From Chloroflexia bacterium (GTDB lineage: Bacteria > Chloroflexota > Chloroflexia > QHBQ01 > JADMIH01), in contig DAOTTC010000019.1 of the NCBI GenBank assembly GCA_034437815.1, positions 1,893-65,892 of the forward strand: DNA of 64,000 nucleotides, written 5' to 3'. The notes below the pieces were generated by a model. The model made no database searches. It had not been told where the DNA came from and saw only the letters and a list, made by a program, of their open reading frames with translations. Shown here in pieces: positions 18,459-25,767 of the stretch (positions are counted from its first letter, which is position 1; each line of letters starts with the position of its first letter). The position numbers were made by a program, and so were the translations under genes.

Positions 18459-19547
18459 ATGCATAGCCAGCCATCAGCGCGTTCCGAACGAGTGACGGTC
18501 GTGGGCACGGGTAGCTGGGGCACCACACTGGCTATACTGGCGGCGCGGCGCGGCATGACCACCTACTTGCTGGCGCGTACCGAAGAAGAAGCCGCCACCC
18601 TGCGGGCCGATGGCGAGAATCGGCGCTTCATGCCCGGATATCCATTCCCCCCAAACCTGATAGTTACCGCCGACGCGCACCGGGCGCTGGAGCGGTGCGA
18701 TATGCTGCTGATGGTGGTGCCCTCTCAGACCATGCGGGCCAACACCCGCAACATCAGACCTCACCTTACCGACCCGCAGACCATCATAGTGAGTTGCGCC
18801 AAAGGCCTCGAAGTAGACACTCTGTCGCGCATGACCGAGGTGCTGGCCGAGGAACTGGGCGAACCGTGGAAGGCAAGGTTGGCGGCCATGTCCGGCCCCA
18901 ACCTTGCCAGAGAGATAGTAGCTGGCTTGCCTGCCACCACGGTGATAGCTTCGGACGTGATGGAGGTGGCGCAGAAGGCCCAGAGTCTGCTGACCGGTGG
19001 GCGCTTCCGGGTGTACACCAACCCCGACGTGACCGGGGTGGAGCTGGCCGGCGCCCTCAAGAACATCATAGCCATAGCCGCAGGTATGGCCGATGGCATG
19101 AAGGCCGGAGACTCGTCCAAGGCGGCGCTGGTCACACGCGGGCTTGCCGAGATCGCCCGGCTGGGCATGGCCGCGGGCGCATCTCTGTTCACATTCGCCG
19201 GGCTGGCCGGGCTGGGTGACCTGATTGCCACCTGTGCCTCGCCACTGTCCAGAAACCGATTTCTGGGGCAGGAGCTGGCCCGCGGTAAGACCATAGACGA
19301 GGTGGTGGCCGGCATGAATGGGCAGGTAGCCGAAGGTGTATCCACCACGCAGGCCGCGCTCCGGTTGGCCGCCCGCCATAACATCGAGATGCCTATCACC
19401 GAGCAACTGTATCAGGTGCTCTTCGAGGGTAAATCGCCGCTCGATGCCCTGAACGCCCTGCTGATGCGAGAGCCGACCGATGAGTTCCTGTCGCTCGGTG
19501 TGCAACCCGATGCAAGGGTGGAAAGCCTTGGCAGCACGCCAGCCTGA
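18459..19547 (+). CDS. gpsA: NAD(P)H-dependent glycerol-3-phosphate dehydrogenase
   Basis: VTVVGTGSWGTTLA Rossmann motif and GpsA-like sequence throughout. ATG 18459 is preferred over ORF-track start 18408. Confidence 0.92.
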   Translation: MHSQPSARSERVTVVGTGSWGTTLAILAARRGMTTYLLARTEEEAATLRADGENRRFMPGYPFPPNLIVTADAHRALERCDMLLMVVPSQTMRANTRNIRPHLTDPQTIIVSCAKGLEVDTLSRMTEVLAEELGEPWKARLAAMSGPNLAREIVAGLPATTVIASDVMEVAQKAQSLLTGGRFRVYTNPDVTGVELAGALKNIIAIAAGMADGMKAGDSSKAALVTRGLAEIARLGMAAGASLFTFAGLAGLGDLIATCASPLSRNRFLGQELARGKTIDEVVAGMNGQVAEGVSTTQAALRLAARHNIEMPITEQLYQVLFEGKSPLDALNALLMREPTDEFLSLGVQPDARVESLGSTPA

Positions 19548-19594
19548 GTCGCCGAGACACCGAGAGCCATAGGACCGAAGGGGGCTTGGAACGT

Positions 19595-20062
19595 ATGCTG
19601 TTTGCTTCCGCACGACAGAAGTCTCTATTCGTGTACCACCTGCACATGGGCGGACCGAATGCCGACGCGCTTGAGTGGCAAGCCCTGCTATCGCCGCGCT
19701 TCGATGCGCGCCTGAAGCATCTCGGCGTGAGTATGGCGCGTTCGGCGGAAGAGGCAGATGTGGTGGTGGTCACGGGGCTGCTCACCGCACGCAACATGGA
19801 CGCGGTGTTCGCCGAACTGGCCCGCATGCCCTCTCCGTCGGTGCTCATCGCGGCGGGCGACTGCGCCATCAACGGTGGTGTGTGGGCCAGAGCCAACATG
19901 CCCGGCCTTGCCCCCCACCCGCTGAGCCATTTCGCCCATGTAGATATATCGGTGCCGGGTGACCCGCCTACCCCTCAGGCGTTGATCGCCTCGCTGGCCG
20001 CCGCGTCCGACCTGCTCGCCGCACCTCAGGAGCGTATCCCCCCATGGCAGGACGAGGAGTAA
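19595..20062 (+). CDS. NuoB / [NiFe]-hydrogenase small-subunit-like (Oxidored_q6) protein lacking most Fe-S cysteine ligands
   Basis: Aligns with NuoB blocks: ADVVVVTG, AAGDCAINGG (compare GACANSGG) and VPGDPPTP (compare IPGCPPRP). Only one of the four cluster cysteines is retained. It is not next to other complex I genes. Confidence 0.7.
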   Translation: MLFASARQKSLFVYHLHMGGPNADALEWQALLSPRFDARLKHLGVSMARSAEEADVVVVTGLLTARNMDAVFAELARMPSPSVLIAAGDCAINGGVWARANMPGLAPHPLSHFAHVDISVPGDPPTPQALIASLAAASDLLAAPQERIPPWQDEE

Positions 20063-20115
20063 TGCCCGTTATCCGGTAGGAAGGCCATGAATTGGGGGAT
20101 TGAGGACACTTGTCC

Positions 20116-20144
20116 TGTACCCCGCATCCAGAGGGTACCCGCCG
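20116..20144 (+). repeat. Hairpin repeat GTACCC...GGGTAC-CCGCCG (copy 1)
   Basis: tGTACCCcgcatccagaGGGTACccgccg. The 16-mer CAGAGGGTACCCGCCG is identical at 20129-20144 and 48478-48493. Confidence 0.6.
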
Positions 20145-20372
20145 CCATTGGTGCTCCCTGCATCCTCGGTATTTATCGCCTTTGCTCGGATAAGATAAGT
20201 TGGTATAAGGCGCACTCGTGCAACCCACCCGACCTGATATGCGTTACTGATGACAGAGCATGTAGAGCGGCTCATCAGGTGGGCGCTTTTCCACATCCCC
20301 TGCGGGTTCCGGCAATAACAGGGGTGCTGGGGTGCTCCCCTGTGTTGGTGAAACCTGCCCCTGCGCGTGATA

Positions 20373-20401
20373 TTGACGGGGCGTGCAGGCCCATCTATAA
20401 T
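20373..20401 (+). promoter_or_regulatory. Sigma70-type promoter TTGACG-17-TATAAT upstream of the GH18 gene
   Basis: TTGACG at 20373-20378, a 17-nt spacer and TATAAT at 20396-20401, ending 45 nt upstream of ATG 20446. Confidence 0.65.
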
Positions 20402-20445
20402 CGGGTAAGACGCTCGCCGCTGACAACCTGTACAGCGAGGACGGT

Positions 20446-22209
20446 ATGGCCTTAAGCTACAGACGAACGATCGTGCCTGTCATATTCGTTACACTGGTGC
20501 TCTTGCCTCTGGCCGGTCATGACGCGGGCACAGCGCTGGGGCAAGCGCAGGTGCGGCAAACCTCAGGATCACAGAATGCACGGTCCTCGGCTCAAGAAGT
20601 GCGCTGGGGGTTCTATGTAACCTACAACCCTAACTCATGGGCCTCATTACAGGCTAATGCCAAACACCTCAATTACGTGTCGCCATGGTTCTACAACGTG
20701 AGCAAAGAGGGGTTGGTCACTGGCAGAGACCAGCCGCACGTTACCTATCTGCTCCGCTCCATGAAGATCAAAAACCTGCCTATGGTGCAGAACTCGGCGC
20801 AATACAACGACTTCAGCGCTCTGCTGTCGGATGAAGCGCGGCGCGCCACCATAATCACTTCCATAGAAACCCTCATCGCGGCCTACAACTACGACGGCAT
20901 AACCATTGACTTTGAAGGGATCAACCCTACAGATCGGCCTCTGCTCACGACTTTCATGGGAGAGCTATACGCGCGGCTCCACCCGCAGGGCAAGTTGGTG
21001 GTGATGGCGGTGGCCGCGAAGAGCAGAGAGGTGAGCACCGGCTGGGCGGCGGCCTACGACTACGCGGCCCTGAGCGCGGTCACCGATTATCTGCTCATAA
21101 TGGCGTACGATTTTCACTGGGCTGGCGGCAACCCCGGCCCTATCGCCCCGATGGACAAATTGCGGGCCACCGCCGCCTATGCGGTCAACAACATCCCGGC
21201 ACACAAGATAATCTGGGGGATAGGCGTGTACGGGTACGACTGGCCGGTCAGGCCAGTGCAAACAACGGCTACCGTTACTGCCACCGCCACCGCCACCGCC
21301 ACGCCCACCGTCCTGCCGGGCGGCACATCCACACCCCCTTCCACCCCGACACCGGCACCGGCGCGTACGGCCGAGCCTCGGTCCCATGCCGAGGCCGTGG
21401 AGCGTGCGGGCCGCCCCGGCGCGCAGAGCGGCTACGATGAGCAGGCGCATGCCCCGTGGGTGCGCTACACCGGCGACGGCATGCACCGCGAGCTGTGGTA
21501 CGAGAACCGGCGCAGTTTCGAAGCCAAGCTGGAGATCATTGACAGATACGGCATGGCCGGCTTCAGCCTGTGGAGGCTCGGTCAGGAGGACCCGGCAATA
21601 TGGGAGACGGTGGCAGCCCGCAGGTTCGCGGCCTGCGAGCCGGTCAAGCCCTTCAAGTCCGTCGCCGACGCGGTGTACTTCCCCGAGACCGGGCACAGCC
21701 TGAGCGGGGCTTTCCTGCGCTACTGGCGCACCAACGGCGGCCTGCCCATCTTCGGCTATCCCATCACCGAGCCGTTCATGGAGCTCAGCCCCACCGATGG
21801 CAAGCGTTATCTGGTGCAGTATTTCGAGCGCAACCGCTTCGAATACCACCCGGAGAACCGCCCACCGAACGATGTGCTGCTGGGCTTGCTGGGCGTGCAG
21901 GTGACCGCCGGTCGTACCTTCCCGACAGTGCAGGTGCCCACCCCCTCACCCGATACCGTTTACTTCCCGCAGGTGCGCCACACCCTCAGCAGCCCGTTCC
22001 TGTCATACTGGCAGCGCAACGGCGGCCTCGAGCGGTTCGGCTACCCAATATCCGAACCGCTCATGGAGCTCAATCCCACCGACGGCAAGACCTATTTGGT
22101 ACAATATATGCAACGCGCCCGCTTCGAGTACCACCCTGAGTACCGAGGCACCGATGCCGAGGTGCTGCTTGGCCTGCTGGGCAGGGATGTGAGCCCTTGC
22201 AAGCCATAA
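20446..22209 (+). CDS. Secreted glycoside hydrolase family 18 protein with two C-terminal ~75-aa repeat modules
   Basis: The N-terminus is hydrophobic. The GH18 catalytic motif is YDGITIDFEG. A Thr/Pro/Ala-rich linker is inserted after YGYDW. The C-terminal repeats lie at nt 21673-21900 and 21958-22185. Confidence 0.9.
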   Translation: MALSYRRTIVPVIFVTLVLLPLAGHDAGTALGQAQVRQTSGSQNARSSAQEVRWGFYVTYNPNSWASLQANAKHLNYVSPWFYNVSKEGLVTGRDQPHVTYLLRSMKIKNLPMVQNSAQYNDFSALLSDEARRATIITSIETLIAAYNYDGITIDFEGINPTDRPLLTTFMGELYARLHPQGKLVVMAVAAKSREVSTGWAAAYDYAALSAVTDYLLIMAYDFHWAGGNPGPIAPMDKLRATAAYAVNNIPAHKIIWGIGVYGYDWPVRPVQTTATVTATATATATPTVLPGGTSTPPSTPTPAPARTAEPRSHAEAVERAGRPGAQSGYDEQAHAPWVRYTGDGMHRELWYENRRSFEAKLEIIDRYGMAGFSLWRLGQEDPAIWETVAARRFAACEPVKPFKSVADAVYFPETGHSLSGAFLRYWRTNGGLPIFGYPITEPFMELSPTDGKRYLVQYFERNRFEYHPENRPPNDVLLGLLGVQVTAGRTFPTVQVPTPSPDTVYFPQVRHTLSSPFLSYWQRNGGLERFGYPISEPLMELNPTDGKTYLVQYMQRARFEYHPEYRGTDAEVLLGLLGRDVSPCKP

Positions 22210-22244
22210 GCAGTATGTTATAATCATTTATCAAGCGTCAAGGA

Positions 22245-22320
22245 GTGAGGGGCTTGGGCAGGGCACAGCTCTCCCCGGCCTTCCCCCTTTCCCCCGACAT
22301 CTTGCGTGAATATGCACTAG
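22245..22320 (+). repeat. Dispersed intergenic element, copy 2
   Basis: The head gaggggcttgggcagggcacagctctccccggcc is homologous to 41164-41199. The tail GTGAATATGCACTAG lies at 22306-22320. Confidence 0.55.
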
Positions 22321-22353
22321 AGCGTAAAATTCACTACTAGAACACAATTATAC

Positions 22354-22410
22354 TGGAACACAACAATCACCTACATACCCTTACGCTTACGTTTCTGGAA
22401 TTGTGTTCCA
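22354..22410. promoter_or_regulatory. 10-bp perfect inverted repeat TGGAACACAA / TTGTGTTCCA upstream of the TraR/DksA-type gene
   Basis: Arms at 22354-22363 and 22401-22410. A third direct copy, AGAACACAAT, lies at 22339-22348. Confidence 0.35.
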
Positions 22411-22535
22411 CCCTTTGATGTACACGACGACTGGCGACCGGCGACCAGCGACCGGGTTCCGGACATCACCTTCACCCATTGCTCGCCAACGGTCTCCAGT
22501 CCTCAGTTCCCAGCACTCAATGAGGAGGCAGGCTT

Positions 22536-22934
22536 ATGGCCGACACACAGGAACAAGAAGAGATCACCATCGATCTGGCAGAGATCAAAGAGCGCCTGCT
22601 CAATCTCAAAGCCCAGCTTGAGCGCGACATTGAGCTGAAAGAGCGACAGGTGGCCGAGAGCGGCGACGAACTGGTGCCGGAACGCGGCGGGTTGAGCAAC
22701 CACATCGCCGACGATGCTAATGAAACGTTCGAGCAGGAGACCATGCTCACGCTTCAGCACTCGGCCGAGCGCCAGCTTGCTCAGGTCAAGGTTGCCCTGC
22801 GGCGCATCGAAGAAGGCACCTATGGCATATGCGCCAACTGCGGCACCGCCATCAACCCTGCTCGCTTGCAGGCCCGGCCTGCTTCCACCCTATGCATCAA
22901 CTGCCAGCAACTGGCAGACAGGGGAAAATTGTAG
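22536..22934 (+). CDS. TraR/DksA family C4-type zinc-finger protein
   Basis: GAGGAGG RBS and a coiled-coil N-terminus. The zinc finger is CANCGTAINPARLQARPASTLCINC. Confidence 0.88.
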   Translation: MADTQEQEEITIDLAEIKERLLNLKAQLERDIELKERQVAESGDELVPERGGLSNHIADDANETFEQETMLTLQHSAERQLAQVKVALRRIEEGTYGICANCGTAINPARLQARPASTLCINCQQLADRGKL

Positions 22935-22962
22935 CCACGAAAGCGGCCTATAGGTTTGACGC

Positions 22963-23688
22963 ATGCATCTAAACCGAGCAGTCATGGTGGTGGTCGCGGG
23001 CCTCGTGCTGGTGTTCGACCAACTCGCCAAAGCGTGGGTGATCCATAATCTGGCCTCCGGCGAGCCTCGCGTGGTGATAGAAGGCTTAGTGCGACTGCGC
23101 TACACCGAGAATACGGGCGCGGCCTTCGGTATCTTTCAGGGCGCGACCGGCGCCATAAGTATCGCAGCCATCGCCATTATCGTGGCTATCATCGTATCGG
23201 CCACGAGGGTGGGGCACACCAGCCGAGCCGCCATGCTGGCGCTGGGCCTCATACTGGGCGGGGCCATAGGCAACCTGATAGACCGGTTGCGCTTCGGCTA
23301 TGTAGTGGACTTCGTGGACCTGTACGGGCCGCGTCTGCATATCAACGACACCGTTTACACTTGGCCCGTGTTCAACGTGGCCGACAGCGCCATCACCCTA
23401 GGTGTGGTCCTGCTGATGGTGACCGTGCTGTTTGGCACGCACGAGCCGTCCAAGACGCCTGAAAGCCGTGGCGCACGTGTCCTGCATTCGGCGTGGCTGG
23501 GCGGCCTCGCTCCCGCCGGTCCGGCTTCACAACTCGCCTCGGACCTGCCTGACCACGCTCCCGCCACGGGGCGGGCAAGCGCGCGCACAGACCTGAGCCG
23601 GCCCACCCCGGCTTCGTGGGCGAGCATGCTGGCTGTGATTATGGGGGTGCTGTTCCTCGCGATACGAGCCGCTTCACGGCGCGGTTGA
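22963..23688 (+). CDS. lspA: Lipoprotein signal peptidase II with a ~80-aa C-terminal extension
   Basis: Motifs NTGAAFG and FNVADSAI. The extra C-terminal region ends with an additional hydrophobic segment. Confidence 0.9.
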   Translation: MHLNRAVMVVVAGLVLVFDQLAKAWVIHNLASGEPRVVIEGLVRLRYTENTGAAFGIFQGATGAISIAAIAIIVAIIVSATRVGHTSRAAMLALGLILGGAIGNLIDRLRFGYVVDFVDLYGPRLHINDTVYTWPVFNVADSAITLGVVLLMVTVLFGTHEPSKTPESRGARVLHSAWLGGLAPAGPASQLASDLPDHAPATGRASARTDLSRPTPASWASMLAVIMGVLFLAIRAASRRG

Positions 23689-23721
23689 ACCCTTAACCCT
23701 TGGCCGACCCTCTTGGTAATT

Positions 23722-24735
23722 ATGAACGAGCTCCCGTCCGGCCCACCCGCTCCGGTAACCACACCGGCAAGGCCGGTGTCGACACCCGCCGCGTGGGCTG
23801 CACCTCAAGTTGTCGAGTGGACAGCAACCCCCGGCCATGAAGGCGCGCGCCTCGACCGCGTGCTCGCTGACCGCCTGCCCGACATATCGAGGTCTTATGC
23901 TGCCGACCTTATCGAGGGGGGCCATGTCACGGTGAACGGACGGGCGGTGCTCAAACCCGCGTATAAGGTGAGGGCGGGCGACTACATCTCGGTGGCTGTG
24001 CCTGCGCCCCGCCCCGCCGGCGTGCAAGCCGAGCAGATACCGCTGAACATCGTGTATGAGGATGCCGACCTGCTGGTGATAGACAAGCCTGCGGGCATGG
24101 TGGTGCACCCCGCGCCCGGCCACGAAGCCGGCACGCTGGTGAACGCGGTGCTGGCCCACGTGCCCGAACTGGAGCTTGACATGGGCGGCGAATCGCGCCC
24201 CGGCATTGTGCACCGGCTGGACAAAGACACCAGCGGTCTGATGGTGGTAGCCAAACATCGCGCCGCCCACGAATATCTGTCGAAGCAGATGGCCTCGCGC
24301 ACCATGCTCAAGGAATATCTGGCGATGGTACAGGGCAGACCGGAGCCGCCGAAAGGGGTGATAGATGCGCCCATCGCCCGCGACCCGCGCAACCGCCAGC
24401 GCATGGCCGTGGTGGAGGGCGGGCGCCCGGCGCGCACCCGCTACGTGGTCGAGCGATATCTGGGCGGCTGGGCGCTGGTGCGAGCCACCCTTGAGACCGG
24501 GCGCACCCACCAGATACGGGTGCATATGGCCGCCATGGGTCACCCCGTGGTGGGCGACCCTGTGTACGGCAGGGGCACGCTGAAAGATGCAGAGAGGCTG
24601 GGTCTGCACCGCCAGTTCTTGCACGCCCACCGCCTCGGCTTCAACCTGCCCTCTACCGGCGAGTGGCGCGAATTCACCAGCCCCTTGCCGCAGGATTTAC
24701 AGCAGGTGCTGGAAAAACTGGCTAACGGTGAGTGA
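23722..24735 (+). CDS. rluD: RluA-family 23S rRNA pseudouridine synthase (RluD-like) with S4 domain
   Basis: Catalytic motif HRLDKDTSGLMVVAK, plus TGRTHQIRVH. Adjacency to lspA is common. Confidence 0.9.
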   Translation: MNELPSGPPAPVTTPARPVSTPAAWAAPQVVEWTATPGHEGARLDRVLADRLPDISRSYAADLIEGGHVTVNGRAVLKPAYKVRAGDYISVAVPAPRPAGVQAEQIPLNIVYEDADLLVIDKPAGMVVHPAPGHEAGTLVNAVLAHVPELELDMGGESRPGIVHRLDKDTSGLMVVAKHRAAHEYLSKQMASRTMLKEYLAMVQGRPEPPKGVIDAPIARDPRNRQRMAVVEGGRPARTRYVVERYLGGWALVRATLETGRTHQIRVHMAAMGHPVVGDPVYGRGTLKDAERLGLHRQFLHAHRLGFNLPSTGEWREFTSPLPQDLQQVLEKLANGE

Positions 24736-24743
24736 GATAAACC

Positions 24744-25727
24744 ATGCGCATTCTGATAACCGGCTCCAGCGGTGAAATCGGCACCAATCTGGCCCTGCGC
24801 CTATTGGATGAAGGGCATTTCGTGTTCGGGGTGGATAAACGCCTCAACCCGTGGACCGATCGCTTCCCCTATCTCCTGCAAGACCTGTCTAGCCCCTACC
24901 CCCCGTATGAGAAGGGCATAGGCGGGGTGGAATACCCACCGGTGGACATGGTGGTGCATCTGGCCGCCCACGCCAAGGTGCACGAACTGGTGCGTCAGCC
25001 CCACCGCGCCATGGAAAACATCACCATGACCTACAACGTGCTGGAGTACTGCCGGCTGGCCCACCTGCCCATCATTTTCTCCAGCAGTCGCGAGGTGTAC
25101 GGCGACATCCACCGCTACATCGAGGACGATAGAGAGCGTCCAGCCACGCTGGGCGAGACCACCGCCCACTTCGCCTACACCGAGTCCCCCTACTCGGCGT
25201 CCAAAATCGCGGGCGAGGCCCTCATATACTCCTATGCCCGCTGTTACGGCCTCAAATACATCGTGTTCCGCTTCTCTAACGTATACGGGCGCTACGACAA
25301 CGACCTCGAACGCATGGAGCGCGTGGTGCCCCTGTTCATCAAACGCATCCATCAAGACCAACCCATCACCATATACGGCGAACACAAGGTGCTGGACTTC
25401 ACCTATGTGGACGACTGCATAGACGGCATAGTGCGCGGCATCCATGCTCTACATGAGGGGCGCGTGGTCAACCAGACCATCAATCTGGCGTATGGTCAGG
25501 GCAACACGCTTGTCAAAATGGCCGAACTGGTCGGGCAGGCGCTGGGCAAGAAACCGGAGATAACCTTGGCCCCACCGCTGGTGGGCGAGGTGACCCACTA
25601 CGTGGCCGATATCACTAAGGCCAGACAACTGCTCGGCTACGAGCCAAAGGTGCCCCTTGAGAAGGGCATACCGCTGGCCGTGCAGTGGAACTTACGGTGG
25701 TGGCAAGAGCACAGCAGTAGGGGCTAG
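24744..25727 (+). CDS. NAD-dependent epimerase/dehydratase (extended SDR)
   Basis: MRILITGSSGEIGTNL Rossmann motif and a YSASK catalytic Tyr/Lys. Confidence 0.88.
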   Translation: MRILITGSSGEIGTNLALRLLDEGHFVFGVDKRLNPWTDRFPYLLQDLSSPYPPYEKGIGGVEYPPVDMVVHLAAHAKVHELVRQPHRAMENITMTYNVLEYCRLAHLPIIFSSSREVYGDIHRYIEDDRERPATLGETTAHFAYTESPYSASKIAGEALIYSYARCYGLKYIVFRFSNVYGRYDNDLERMERVVPLFIKRIHQDQPITIYGEHKVLDFTYVDDCIDGIVRGIHALHEGRVVNQTINLAYGQGNTLVKMAELVGQALGKKPEITLAPPLVGEVTHYVADITKARQLLGYEPKVPLEKGIPLAVQWNLRWWQEHSSRG

Positions 25728-25767
25728 CGCCCTCACCCTCTGCCCCTCACTTCATAGGAGAGGGGAG

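Noticed and set aside
18474-19613. 379-aa minus-strand ORF
   Set aside because: It is the antisense mirror of gpsA, whose motifs are unambiguous, so it is a high-GC artefact.
20087-20455. 122-aa Cys-rich + strand ORF in the gap before the GH18 gene
   Set aside because: It has no RBS. It spans repeat modules and the TTGACG-17-TATAAT promoter of the GH18 gene, and its codon usage is not gene-like.
22397-22410. LexA-box look-alike GGAATTGTGTTCC upstream of the dksA-like gene
   Set aside because: The spacing is GAA-N5-TTC rather than GAAC-N4-GTTC (GAA-N6-TTC), and the GAAC half-site is GAAT, so it does not fit the Cheo consensus.
25657-25767. ORF-track start 25657 for the secreted repeat protein
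   Set aside because: It would overlap the epimerase gene by 70 nt in another frame. ATG 25768 has a strong purine-rich RBS and is followed by the signal-like segment.
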